Notes under the pieces: model-generated | Told to the model about the DNA's origin: nothing | What the model saw: the letters and a program-made list of their open reading frames with translations, nothing else | The model's database searches: none | Program-made: the position numbers and the translations under genes | Assembly: GCA_963849325.1 (NCBI GenBank) | Contig: CAWKHF010000005.1 | Span: 1,097,351-1,161,350, forward strand | Direction: 5' to 3' | Source of the DNA: an uncultured Planctomycetota bacterium | GTDB taxonomy: Bacteria; Planctomycetota; Planctomycetia; Gemmatales; Gemmataceae | DNA: 64,000 nucleotides | Part shown: positions 18,920 to 28,653 of the stretch, in pieces | How positions within the stretch are numbered: the stretch's first letter is position 1 | Layout of the letters: the number at the start of each line of letters is the position of its first letter

Positions 18920-21844
18920 TTACTTTCGCACGGCCGCTTTCTTCATGGCCTGTGGCGGCGGTTCGTCGGTGAGCGACCAGACGCGGATGGGGAAGTCCGT
19001 GCCGCCGGCGACGTACTTGCCGCCGCCCTCTCCCCGTCCTCCGCCGGCGGTGATGGCCTGTCGGCCGTCGGGCGAGAACTTCACGACCCAAACGAAGCCG
19101 GTTTGTCGGAAGAGCTTGCGTTGTTGTCCCGTGGCCGCATCCCACCAGCGCACCGTGCCGTCGTAGCCGCATGACAGGATACTGTGGCCGTCCGGCGCGG
19201 CATCGACGGAAGTGACGCCGCCCGCGTGCCCCTGGAAAGTCCGCACCAGTTCGCCGCTTTCGACGTTCCATAACTGAATGACGCTCCCGCCGGCCGCGCA
19301 AATGGCCTGGCGCTGGTCGGGCATCCAGGCCACGCTATGAATCCATCCCTGCGTTTGCTGGAACGAACGCAGTTGTTTGCCGCCCTCCACGTCCCACAGC
19401 CGCAGCACGCCGTCTCGACCACCGGACAGAAAACGTCGGCCGTCGCGGGCGAAACGCACGCTGCGGACCCAGTCGGTATGGCCCTCGAACTTGCGAACTT
19501 CTCGACCGTTCTCGACCTCCCACAGACGGATGGTCTTATCGCGGCCGCCGGACAGCAGATGTCGCCCGTCCGGGGCGAAGTCCAGGGCGTTGATGGCGCC
19601 GACGTGGCCGTGGAAGCGCCGCAGCTCGGCGCCGGTCTCCACGTCCCAGAGAAAGACTACGCCGCCGACGCCGGCCGAAACCGCCTGCTTGCCGTCCGGC
19701 GAAAAGGCTACCGCGCCGATCTCATTAGGCTGTTCGCGCGGCCCCTTGTCCACCGCCGACGTGACACCCCGGAAGATGCGGAGTTCCTTGCTCGTTTTCA
19801 GGTCCCATAAGCGCACCGTCTTGTCCCCCTCGGGCCAACCGCTGCCCGAGAGCAGACGACGACCATCGCGGGAAATAACCAGGCTGACTACCGGGCCGGT
19901 ATGACCACGCAGCAGACGAATCGGCGTCGGCGCTGCCTGCCAGATCTTCACCGTGTTGTCCAGGCTGGATGATACGAGCCGTCGGCCGCCGGCGAAGGTC
20001 AATCCCGTGACGGCGTTGCCGTGGCCATTCAACCGACTGCGTTGGCTGCCGGTCGCGGCGTCCCACAAGAAGATGGCGTTGTCGGCGCCGCCACTGGCCA
20101 GGGTCTTGCCGGCCGGAGAGAAGGCCAGTGTTGTTACTTCCGCTGTGTGTCTCTTCAGGGTGGCCCGCTCGCTCTTCTTCGCCATGTCCCACAGCTTGAT
20201 GGTGCGATCGTCGCTGCCGGAGGCCAGGGTTTGGCCGTCTGGACTGAAGGCGAGAACCCGTATGGCGTCTTCGTGTCCCTTGAGCGTGACGGGTTCGCTG
20301 TCGCCGCTCATCGGCCACAACTTGATGGCGCGATCGCTGCTGCCGGAAGCGAGTGTCTGACCGTCCGGTGAGAAAGCCAGAGCGCGGATGGATGCTTTGT
20401 GACCCTTGAGAATACGTAGTGTTTTGCCCGTGGCGGGCTCCCATAAGCGGATAGTTTTGTCGTAGCTGCCGCTGGCCAACGTCTTGCCGTCGGGCGTGAA
20501 GGCCAGAGCGTAGACCCAACTGCTGTGGCCCTCCAGCGTGCGAACCTCTTGGCCGGTCGCCGCGTCCCACAGCTTGATCTTCTGATCGGGACTGCCGCTA
20601 GCCAACATCTTGCCGTCCGGCGAATACGCCAGGCAAGTAACCGCGTCGGCATGTCCCTTGAGGACGTGACGCTGAATTCCGGTGGCCAACTCGCACAGTT
20701 GCACGCTGCCGTTCTCCCCGGCGATGGCCACGCTTTGGCCGTCGGGTGAGTACGCCAGCGCGAGGACCGGCTGCGGCTCGAAGCGGCGTTCCTTTGTCCG
20801 CAGCGTGGCCAACTCCTTGCCTTCCGCCACGTCCCACAGCTTCGCCGTGCCCTCGTTGCATCCCGTAGCTAAGCGTTTACTATCGGGAGAGAAGGCCAAT
20901 CCCCAAACAGAGGGAGTCTGGTTGTCGAGGAGAATTCGTTCCTCCAGGGTGACGGCATCCCACAGTTTCACCTGGCGGTTGTTTCCCGAGGCCGCCAACG
21001 TCTTGCCGTCGGGCGAATACCTCACGCACATCACGCTTCCCCCCGGCCCAGGCAGCGTCTTTCGCTCCTGACCCGTGGCGGCATCCCACAGCTTCACCGT
21101 GCCGTCCCAACTGGCCGTGGCGACCGTCTTGCCATCCGGGGAAAAGGTGACGAACTCCACGCCATTGGCATGTCCGGTAAGCGTCGTCCGACTTTTGCCG
21201 CCGGCCACGTCCCACAAGAGGGCGCGTCGATCGCGGCCGACCGAGGCCAGCGTCTTGCCGTCGGGAGAAAAGGCGACGCAAAAGACCCGGTCGCTATGCT
21301 CCTGGAGGCGCAGCCGCTGCTTTCGCGTGTCCACGTCCCAGACCGTCACAACGTTGTCCAGCCCAGCCGCCGCCAGCATCTTGCCGTCCGGCGAGAAGGC
21401 GACGCCATTCACCCCGGCCGTGTGTCCGCGCAGGGTGGCGCGAACCGCCCCCGTAGCCGGGTCGCGCAGCTGCACCGTGTTGTCCAATTCGGCGGTAGCC
21501 AGCACCTTGCCGTCGGGGGAAAAGGCGACCGAGCGCACGATGTGGGGCACCGGGACCGTGGCGATCCGTCGATCCTTGTTTAGGTCCCACAGGTGAAGCT
21601 CGCCTATCGATTGTCCGCCCCGACCGCCGACCATCGCCAGGAGCTTGCCGTCGGGCGAAAACGCCACGCTGTCCACGGTGAGAACGCGACCCTGGAGAGC
21701 AGCGGGATTGGGCAGAAACGACTCGGCCTCCTCTTGGGACTCGGCCTTCGCCGCCGACTGCTTCTTCGCCTCCGTCTGAGCGAGGTTGGGTTGCGGCGCC
21801 AGCACGAACAGACCCGCGAGCACAAGCCAACGAGAACGAACCAT
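18920..21844 (-). CDS. Secreted WD40-repeat protein, copy B (about 20 repeats)
   Basis: 974 aa, colinear paralog of copy A with a near-identical signal peptide and RBS region. Confidence 0.95.
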   Translation of the reverse strand: MVRSRWLVLAGLFVLAPQPNLAQTEAKKQSAAKAESQEEAESFLPNPAALQGRVLTVDSVAFSPDGKLLAMVGGRGGQSIGELHLWDLNKDRRIATVPVPHIVRSVAFSPDGKVLATAELDNTVQLRDPATGAVRATLRGHTAGVNGVAFSPDGKMLAAAGLDNVVTVWDVDTRKQRLRLQEHSDRVFCVAFSPDGKTLASVGRDRRALLWDVAGGKSRTTLTGHANGVEFVTFSPDGKTVATASWDGTVKLWDAATGQERKTLPGPGGSVMCVRYSPDGKTLAASGNNRQVKLWDAVTLEERILLDNQTPSVWGLAFSPDSKRLATGCNEGTAKLWDVAEGKELATLRTKERRFEPQPVLALAYSPDGQSVAIAGENGSVQLCELATGIQRHVLKGHADAVTCLAYSPDGKMLASGSPDQKIKLWDAATGQEVRTLEGHSSWVYALAFTPDGKTLASGSYDKTIRLWEPATGKTLRILKGHKASIRALAFSPDGQTLASGSSDRAIKLWPMSGDSEPVTLKGHEDAIRVLAFSPDGQTLASGSDDRTIKLWDMAKKSERATLKRHTAEVTTLAFSPAGKTLASGGADNAIFLWDAATGSQRSRLNGHGNAVTGLTFAGGRRLVSSSLDNTVKIWQAAPTPIRLLRGHTGPVVSLVISRDGRRLLSGSGWPEGDKTVRLWDLKTSKELRIFRGVTSAVDKGPREQPNEIGAVAFSPDGKQAVSAGVGGVVFLWDVETGAELRRFHGHVGAINALDFAPDGRHLLSGGRDKTIRLWEVENGREVRKFEGHTDWVRSVRFARDGRRFLSGGRDGVLRLWDVEGGKQLRSFQQTQGWIHSVAWMPDQRQAICAAGGSVIQLWNVESGELVRTFQGHAGGVTSVDAAPDGHSILSCGYDGTVRWWDAATGQQRKLFRQTGFVWVVKFSPDGRQAITAGGGRGEGGGKYVAGGTDFPIRVWSLTDEPPPQAMKKAAVRK

Positions 21845-21921
21845 GAACGAACCTCCTTCAATCGAGACGTGTCCTCTTCTCGTCGTCGATCCGTCCCTCT
21901 CACTGACGCTCGCGGCCCCCG

Positions 21922-24900
21922 TTACTTTCGCGCGGCCGCTTTCTTCATGGTCCGCGCCGGCGGTTCGTCGGCGAGCGACCAGACGCGGATGGGGAAGTCC
22001 GTGCCGCCGGCGACGTACTTGCCGTCGCCCGCACTCCGCCCTCCGCCGGCGGTGAAGGCCTGTCGGCCGTCGAGAGAGAACTTCACGGCCCGCGTGAAAT
22101 AGTTATGCGGGAAAAGTTTGCGCTGCTGGCCGGTGTCCGCGTCCCACAAGCGCACGGAGAAATCGTAGCCGCACGACAGAATCCGATGGCCGTCCGGCGA
22201 CACGTCCACGCCGGTGACGCCGTAGACGTGCCCCTGGAAGGTCCGCAGCAACTCGCCGCGCTCGACGTCCCACAACTGCAAGACGCTGCCGCCGGCCCCG
22301 CAGACGGCCCGGCGATTGTCGGGCATCCAGGCCACGCACTCCGTCCATCCCTTCGGTCCGGCCTGGAACGAACGCAGTGGTTTGTCCTTCTCGATGTCCC
22401 ACAAGCGCATCATCCCATCTCGGCCGCCGGACAGGAAGCGCCGGCCGTCGCCTGCCAAGCGCACACTGCGGACCCATTCCGTATGTCCCTCGAACTTACG
22501 AACCTGACGGCCGGTCTTGACGTCCCAGAGACGGATGCTCTTGTCCTCCCCAGCGGAGAGCACGTGCCGTCCGTCCGGTGCGAAGTCGAGTCCGGAAACG
22601 ATGCCGGCGTGGCCGTGGAAACGTCGCCGTTCCGCGCCTGTCTCCACGTCCCACAGGATCACGACACCGCCGACGCCGGCCGAGACGGCTTGCTTGCCGT
22701 CCGGCGAAAAAGCCACGGCCTCGATCTGATGGGGTTGTTCTCCCGCTCGAAAGACGCGAAGTTCCTTGCCCGTTTTCAGATCCCATAAGCGCACCGTCTT
22801 GTCCCCCTCGGGCCAACCGCTGCCCGAGAGCAGACGACGACCATCGCGGGAAATAACCAGGCTGATCACCGGGCCGGTATGTCCGCGCAGCAGACGAATC
22901 GGCGCCAGTGCCGCCCGCCAGATCTTTACCGTATTGTCCAGGCTGGATGATACGAGCCGTCGGCCGTCCGCGAACCTCAAGCCCGTGACGGCGTTGCTGT
23001 GGCCATTCAATCGACTGCGTTGGCTGCCGGTCGCGGCGTCCCAAAGCAGGATGGCGTTGTCGGCGCCGCCGCTGGCCAGGGTCTTGCCCGCGGGCGAGAA
23101 GGCCAGCGTCATGACCTCGGCGTTGTGGCCCTTGAGCGTGGCCCGCTCGCTCTTGCCGGCCACGTCCCACAACTTGATTACCTGATCGTCGCCGCCGGAG
23201 GCCAGCGTTTTGCCATCCGGGCTGAAGGCCAGGGTGCGAATCGCGCCTTCATGTCCCTTGAGCGTGACGGGTTCGCCGTCGCCGCTCATCGGCCACAATT
23301 TGATGGCGCGATCGCTGCTGCCGGAAGCGAGCGTCTGGCCGTCCGGTGAGAAAGCGAGAGCTCGGATGGATGCTTTGTGCCCCTTGAGAATACGCAGCAA
23401 TTTGCCCGTGAGGGGATCCCAGAGGCGGATGGTTTTGTCGTAGCTGCCGCTGGCCAGCGTCTTGCCGTCGGGCGTGAAGGCCAGAGCGTAGACCCAACTG
23501 CTGTGGCCCTCCAGCGTGCGGATTTCCTGGCCGGTCGCCGCGTCCCACAGCTTGATCTTCTGATCGGGACTGCCGCTGGCCAGGAGTTTGCCGTCCGGCG
23601 AATACGCCAGGCAAGTAACCACGTCGGCATGTCCCTTGAGGACGTGACGCTGAATTCCGGTGGCCAGCTCGCACATCTGCACGCTGCCGTTCTCGCCGGC
23701 GATGGCCACGCTCTTACCGTCGGGCGAAGAGGCCAGCGCGAGGACCGGCTGCGGCTCGAAGCGACGCTCCCTCACCGGCCGCACTGTGGCCAACTCCTTG
23801 CCTTCCGTCACGTCCCACAGCTTCACCGTCCCCTCATTATTCCCTGCCGCCAGGCGTTTGCTATCGGGAGAGATGGCCAATCCCCAAACGGTGGAAGTCT
23901 GGTTGTCGAGGAGGGTCCGTTCCTCCAGGGTGACGGCATCCCACAGCTTCACCTGACCATTGCCTCCCGAGGCCGCCAGCGTCTTGCCGTCTGGCGAATA
24001 TTTCACGCACATCACGCTTCCTCCCGGACCCGGCAGCGTCTTTTGCTCCTGGCCCGTGGCGGCATCCCAGAGTTTCACCCGACCATCCCAACTGGACGTG
24101 GCGATGGTCTTGCCATCCGGGGAAAAGGTGACGCACTCCACCGCATTGGCATGTCCGGCAAGAGTGGTCCGGACCTTGCCCGTGCCCGCATCCCACAGGA
24201 TGGCGCTGCGATCCTTGCTCGCCGAGGCCAACGTCTTGCCGTCGGGAGAGAAGGCCACGCACAGGACCATGTCGGTGTGTCCCTGCAAGCGCAGCCGTTG
24301 CTTTCGCGTGTCCACGTCCCAGACGGTCACGACCTTGTCCAGCCCGGCCGCCGCCAGCATCCTGCCGTCCGGCGCGAAGGCGACGGCGTTGACGCCGATC
24401 GTGTGCCCCTCAAGGGCGGCACGCATCGCCCCGGTCGCCGGGTCGCGTAGCTTCACGGTGCCGTCGAACTCGCCGGTAGCCAGGATCTTGCCATCGGGAG
24501 AGAAGGCCACCGAGCGCACGACATGAGGCAGCGGGACCGTGACGGCCAGTCGATCTTTGTTGATGTCCCACAGACGAAGCTCGCCCGCTCCCGAGTTGAC
24601 GCCGCGACCGGCGGCCATGGCCAGGAGCTTGCCGTCGGGGGAGAAAGCCACGCTGTCCACGGGAAGGATGCGGCCCTGAAGAGAGGTTGGATTGGGCAGG
24701 AACGACTCGGCCTCTCCTTGCGTCTCCGTCTTCGCCGCCGGCTGCTTCTTCGCCTCGGTGTCGCCGGCCGGCTTCGTTTCCGTCTGGGCCAGGTTCGGCC
24801 GCAGCGCCAGCAACAGCAGACCGGCCAGTATGAGTATCCCTCTTCCCGACCGCGACAATTGTTTGGGAGCGCCACCGTCCATGATGAGTCTCAACCTCCG

Positions 24901-25950
24901 TTTGAGTAGTTCGATGCCGGCCAGGCCACTCGCCATCGCCGGCAGAGGCCAGCGATCCTCCGCCAGGAAATCGAGGGTGTTGAGGATGGCAGCGGCATAA
25001 GTCCGCGCCGGCACCTCGCCGACCACCCAGGCATCGCAGCATTCTTCCTCGTGGACGTGCAGGCGCCGGCGAGCCAGCCACACTACAGGATACCACCAAT
25101 ACAGCGCCGAGACGACAAGCTCCAACCAGCGCACCCAGTGGTCGCGCCGCCGGACGTGCGCCAGCTCGTGCGCCAGCAGACTGCCGCGCTCCGCCGGATC
25201 GAGTCGTTCGAGCAGCTTTGTCGGGAAGAAGATCCGCACTCGGCCAACCGCCGCCCACACCAGCGGCGGCAGCGGTCCCGGCAACAGCCCTATCTCCGGG
25301 CAGCGTCTTAACCCCATGTGTCGGGCCAGGCAACGGGCCTGCTCCTGAACGTCGGCGTCCGCGGGGCGAGCGTACCGCAACAGACGCTGAAAGCGGACGA
25401 TGTACGTGCTGCCCCAGGCGAGCCAGACCGCGACCCCCGCCAGCCAAACGACGCCGAGCAGGGAAACACACCCTTGCAAGCTCCGAGACTGCGGCTCGAT
25501 GCCCTTCGCCGACGGAATCGCCGCAGGGGCGGAGGCCGGCTTCACCAGGGTATATTCGATGTCCGACGGGTCGAGGGCGGGCGGCGCGCTCGCCTTCTTT
25601 CGCTGCGGAAGCCCTGCTCTCGCCGGCTTGACCCGGAGAGGAACCAAGGGCGCCGCTCCTTCGGCTTCGCTCGTCCAAAGGATCGGCTCGGCCGGATCGG
25701 AAGAGGGCAGCGTGACAATCACGTGCTCCATTGCCGCCGGCGCCATCTCGGCGGGAGCAGCCGGTTCTTGCGGCAGATGGGCGACGGTCACGGGCCACAA
25801 GGGCGGCGTGACGAGTTTGAGCAGGACCAGCAGCCAGAGGCCATGCAGCACTGCGGGCCGCCGGCAGAATCGGCCGACGAGCACGGCGACAAGAGCGAGC
25901 ACGCCGGCACAGACGGCGTTGGCCAGACCGATAGGTACGAGCGCGGACAT
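21922..25950 (-). CDS. BlaR1/MecR1-type M56 metallopeptidase sensor fused to a WD40 ectodomain (copy C)
   Basis: LWLLVLLKLVTPP, LAHELAHVRRRD, WWYPVVW, EECCD, LKRRLRLIM, a TM helix, then the same WD40 module as copies A and B. Confidence 0.93.
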   Translation of the reverse strand: MSALVPIGLANAVCAGVLALVAVLVGRFCRRPAVLHGLWLLVLLKLVTPPLWPVTVAHLPQEPAAPAEMAPAAMEHVIVTLPSSDPAEPILWTSEAEGAAPLVPLRVKPARAGLPQRKKASAPPALDPSDIEYTLVKPASAPAAIPSAKGIEPQSRSLQGCVSLLGVVWLAGVAVWLAWGSTYIVRFQRLLRYARPADADVQEQARCLARHMGLRRCPEIGLLPGPLPPLVWAAVGRVRIFFPTKLLERLDPAERGSLLAHELAHVRRRDHWVRWLELVVSALYWWYPVVWLARRRLHVHEEECCDAWVVGEVPARTYAAAILNTLDFLAEDRWPLPAMASGLAGIELLKRRLRLIMDGGAPKQLSRSGRGILILAGLLLLALRPNLAQTETKPAGDTEAKKQPAAKTETQGEAESFLPNPTSLQGRILPVDSVAFSPDGKLLAMAAGRGVNSGAGELRLWDINKDRLAVTVPLPHVVRSVAFSPDGKILATGEFDGTVKLRDPATGAMRAALEGHTIGVNAVAFAPDGRMLAAAGLDKVVTVWDVDTRKQRLRLQGHTDMVLCVAFSPDGKTLASASKDRSAILWDAGTGKVRTTLAGHANAVECVTFSPDGKTIATSSWDGRVKLWDAATGQEQKTLPGPGGSVMCVKYSPDGKTLAASGGNGQVKLWDAVTLEERTLLDNQTSTVWGLAISPDSKRLAAGNNEGTVKLWDVTEGKELATVRPVRERRFEPQPVLALASSPDGKSVAIAGENGSVQMCELATGIQRHVLKGHADVVTCLAYSPDGKLLASGSPDQKIKLWDAATGQEIRTLEGHSSWVYALAFTPDGKTLASGSYDKTIRLWDPLTGKLLRILKGHKASIRALAFSPDGQTLASGSSDRAIKLWPMSGDGEPVTLKGHEGAIRTLAFSPDGKTLASGGDDQVIKLWDVAGKSERATLKGHNAEVMTLAFSPAGKTLASGGADNAILLWDAATGSQRSRLNGHSNAVTGLRFADGRRLVSSSLDNTVKIWRAALAPIRLLRGHTGPVISLVISRDGRRLLSGSGWPEGDKTVRLWDLKTGKELRVFRAGEQPHQIEAVAFSPDGKQAVSAGVGGVVILWDVETGAERRRFHGHAGIVSGLDFAPDGRHVLSAGEDKSIRLWDVKTGRQVRKFEGHTEWVRSVRLAGDGRRFLSGGRDGMMRLWDIEKDKPLRSFQAGPKGWTECVAWMPDNRRAVCGAGGSVLQLWDVERGELLRTFQGHVYGVTGVDVSPDGHRILSCGYDFSVRLWDADTGQQRKLFPHNYFTRAVKFSLDGRQAFTAGGGRSAGDGKYVAGGTDFPIRVWSLADEPPARTMKKAAARK

Positions 25951-25975
25951 GATGTGGTCCTCGGCGCGAGGGGTG

Positions 25976-26374
25976 TCACTTCGATTTGTTCTTGCGATCG
26001 AGCTGGTCGATAAGGTCGCGCAGTTCGCGGCGTTCCCTGGAGGACAGCGCCTCGGCGCGGACCAGGTGCGTCAGCAGCGGCGCCATCAGTCCGCCGCACA
26101 GCTTCTCGGCCATGGCCCGCAAGCGATGGCCGACGAGCGTGTCGCGGTCGGTGCGGGCCCGGAAGCGGTGAGCGTGGCCGCTGCGGTCGCGTTCGACGTG
26201 GCCCTTGCCTTCCAGGCGTTCGAGCAGCTTCTGCACCGTCGCATAGTGGGCGTCGTTGCCCTCGGGATAAAGAACGTCGGTCAACTGGCGAATGTTGGCC
26301 GAGCCGCGGTCCCACAGCACTTGCAGGACCGCCAACTCGGCGTCGGTGACGTCTTGCGGGACTTTCTCCGTCAT
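25976..26374 (-). CDS. BlaI/MecI/CopY family repressor
   Basis: VTDAELAVLQVLWDRG, YATVQKLLERLEGKGHV, LSSRERRELRDLI. Confidence 0.95.
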   Translation of the reverse strand: MTEKVPQDVTDAELAVLQVLWDRGSANIRQLTDVLYPEGNDAHYATVQKLLERLEGKGHVERDRSGHAHRFRARTDRDTLVGHRLRAMAEKLCGGLMAPLLTHLVRAEALSSRERRELRDLIDQLDRKNKSK

Positions 26375-26411
26375 TGCGGAACACCCTGCCTCGGGTTGGT
26401 GAAGGAAACTG

Positions 26412-26461
26412 AGACAATGCGTCTGAGAGATGAGACTAAGACAGGTTGTCTGGGAAGTCAA
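26412..26461 (-). promoter_or_regulatory. Sigma70-type promoter with two palindromic operator boxes
   Basis: TTGACT (26461-26456), 17 nt, TAGTCT; boxes AGACA-GGT-TGTCT (26439-26451) and AGACA-ATG-CGTCT (26412-26424). Confidence 0.75.
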
Positions 26462-26497
26462 GAGGTTTTTTGGAGACAGGGCGATTTTTCCGGATCG

Positions 26498-26549
26498 GAG
26501 CCGTGAGCGTCAGCGAGCGGGACTGACCGCTCGCTGACGCTCGCGGCTC
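26498..26549. repeat. REP-like palindrome, family B
   Basis: GAGCCGTGAGCGTCAGCGAGCGG...CCGCTCGCTGACGCTCGCGGCTC; relatives at 34011 and 49790. Confidence 0.85.
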
Positions 26550-26576
26550 GGACCTGGTAATGTTTCCTAGCGCGGC

Positions 26577-27620
26577 TCAGGAGAGGTTGACGGGACGGGA
26601 GTACAGCCGATCCAGCACGGTGCCGCTCGCCGCCTGCAGTGCCAGGTGCTCGACCATCGGCGCCCAGCGTCCGCCCGCCAGACCGTCGGCGAGGAGGGCG
26701 GCCCCCTGGGCGGCGTGCTTCACCCACGCTCCCAACAAAGGCTCCAGGACCAACACGGGGGCGAGCAGACCGAGATCCAGCGCCACTTGTTCCACTAGAT
26801 CCGGCTCACTCTCCAGCAATCGCCCCGACAGCACCACTTCCTCGAACTTCGTCACCGCCCGCAAGCCGGCCACCGCCTTCCGCAGCGATTCGCGGAACAG
26901 CTGACGGGCCATCGCCGCGTCCGGGATCGAGGCCACTCCGCCCGCGAACAAATCGCGCTTTTGTAAGGGAGAAAGCAGATACGCCAATTCGCCATCCCAC
27001 GCTCCGCAGCCGCGCCATCCCGGTGGACCGCTCGTCCCGCCCAGGCCGTCCACGATGCGCCCGCCGTTAAGGACCAGGCAGGCCGTGAAGGCCGAACCCA
27101 GTTCGACGACACAGCCGTGATAGGCACTCCATTCGATGTCCAACTTCCGTGTCCGCTGCGCCAGCGCCAGGGCGGCGACGCACAGCTTGTCGGCGGTGCC
27201 CAGGTCGATGCGGTTGATCTTGCGATGGGCCGGCACCGTCGGCAGGTGCATGACGCCGGGCAGAAAGACGATGGGCAAGTCGGAGGCCCGCAGCGCTCGC
27301 AGCAGCGACGAAAAGCCGAGGACGCCCTGGCGCCCGGCGTCGTCGGGTCCGCGTTCGTCCGGCCGAACGAGCGTCATCAGGGCGAGGTCGCGCTCCGTGC
27401 AGTCGGCGCGGCGGACCAGCGGCAGACCGTAGCCGGAAGGTCCGGCGATGAGGTGAAAGGGGCCGCGTTCGCTCAGCCAGCGGACGGGCAGAGCGGGATC
27501 GGCTTGCAGTTCTTGAGGTGTGAAGCGACACTGTTCGCCGACGACGCCGTCTTCGAGAATGACGACGTCGAGACTGCTGCTGCCGGGATCGGTGCCGGCC
27601 ACGCGGATCGACGCTGCCAT
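26577..27620 (-). CDS. DUF1464 family protein (Orf9-like, linked to H4MPT C1 genes; ASKHA fold)
   Basis: VAGTDPGSSSLD, IAGPSGYGLP, HLPTVPAHRKINRIDLGTADK, VELGSAFT, GRIVDGLGGT; ATG overlaps the mtd stop. Confidence 0.8.
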   Translation of the reverse strand: MAASIRVAGTDPGSSSLDVVILEDGVVGEQCRFTPQELQADPALPVRWLSERGPFHLIAGPSGYGLPLVRRADCTERDLALMTLVRPDERGPDDAGRQGVLGFSSLLRALRASDLPIVFLPGVMHLPTVPAHRKINRIDLGTADKLCVAALALAQRTRKLDIEWSAYHGCVVELGSAFTACLVLNGGRIVDGLGGTSGPPGWRGCGAWDGELAYLLSPLQKRDLFAGGVASIPDAAMARQLFRESLRKAVAGLRAVTKFEEVVLSGRLLESEPDLVEQVALDLGLLAPVLVLEPLLGAWVKHAAQGAALLADGLAGGRWAPMVEHLALQAASGTVLDRLYSRPVNLS

Positions 27621-28489
27621 CAAAGGCCCTCGCCCAGGGCGTAAACCTGCTCGGCGTCCAGCACCTGATCGTTGCGCTCGAACAGGCGAGCGATGGCGGC
27701 CTTGTGGATCTTCATCTTGGTATCGCCGACGCCGACGGCGCCGTAAGCGACGACACCGTCGCGCTCGGCGCCCTTGTCGATGACGTTGACGCCTTCGATA
27801 CCCGTGGGCGGCACGGCGTTGAGGTCGATCATCACGCGCAGGCTTGGACAATCGCGGCGGGCGTCGCGCGGCAGGAGGGTGATGCCGGCGGCGCCGGCGG
27901 CGACAACCAGGTTGCGCTGGTCGAGGGCGGAGGCGAGGTCGCCGGCCCAGTCGGTTGCGGCCGGCTCCAGTCGAGCGTCCGGCACCCGAGCGCGGATCGC
28001 CTCGGCCACGGCCGCCGCCTTCGCCAGTTGCCGCGAGCCGATGCAAACGTCGGCGCCTTGTCGCGCCAGCAGCAGGGCCACGCGCTGGCCAACCGGGCCG
28101 GTGCCGCCCAGCACCAGCGCCTTGGCCGTCTTCAGATCCAGGTGTCGCGCCGCCGCCCGCACCGCCGCCGCCGCCGTGGTGTTGGCCCCGTTGGCGTCGA
28201 GCAGGACCGACACGCGCAAGCCGAACTGCGGCAGCATGTGCTTGCACGCCTCGGCCAGCAGTTTCTCGCCCAGGGCCACGTCACTGCCGCCCAGAAACAA
28301 CGCCGTGCGATGCAGGTCCTTCGGCCCCCGCGTGAAGATGGCCCCGTGGACCTTCTCGCGCACCGTCTCCGGCCTCACGCCGCCGTAACTGAGCACCTCG
28401 TCGGCGCCGGCGTCGTAGGCGACGACGCGGTCGAACACGCTGGGGTGCGGATCGCTGTCGAGTTGGATGAGGAGCTTGCGTTTTTCCAC
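27620..28489 (-). CDS. mtdC: NADP-dependent methylene-H4MPT/H4F dehydrogenase (MtdA/MtdC type)
   Basis: KLLIQLDSDPHPSVFDRVVAYDAGAD, GAIFTRGP, DANGANTTAAAAV, GGTGPVG, DLNAVPP, YGAVGVG. Confidence 0.88.
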   Translation of the reverse strand: MEKRKLLIQLDSDPHPSVFDRVVAYDAGADEVLSYGGVRPETVREKVHGAIFTRGPKDLHRTALFLGGSDVALGEKLLAEACKHMLPQFGLRVSVLLDANGANTTAAAAVRAAARHLDLKTAKALVLGGTGPVGQRVALLLARQGADVCIGSRQLAKAAAVAEAIRARVPDARLEPAATDWAGDLASALDQRNLVVAAGAAGITLLPRDARRDCPSLRVMIDLNAVPPTGIEGVNVIDKGAERDGVVAYGAVGVGDTKMKIHKAAIARLFERNDQVLDAEQVYALGEGL

Positions 28490-28520
28490 GGTCCCCTCCC
28501 TTGAGAGCCTGTTCCGAAAG

Positions 28521-28616
28521 CCCCTCTCCCCCGCTTCGGGGGAGAGGGGTTGGGGGTGAGGGGGAGGAGTGGCCCCCTCACCCCCAACCCCTCTCCCCCG
28601 AAGCGGGGGAGAGGGG
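28521..28616. repeat. REP-like element with two inverted 44-nt arms (family E)
   Basis: CCCCTCTCCCCCGCTTCGGGGGAGAGGGGTTGGGGGTGAGGGGG ... CCCCCTCACCCCCAACCCCTCTCCCCCGAAGCGGGGGAGAGGGG. Confidence 0.9.
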
Positions 28617-28653
28617 AGCTTAAGGAATATACTCTGAGGCCGCAAGCGCGCCG

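Noticed and set aside
13927-24750. WD40 paralogs as a diversity-generating retroelement or a simple assembly duplication
   Set aside because: No reverse transcriptase, differences are not adenine-specific, and the copies differ by many substitutions and in-frame indels with intact frames.
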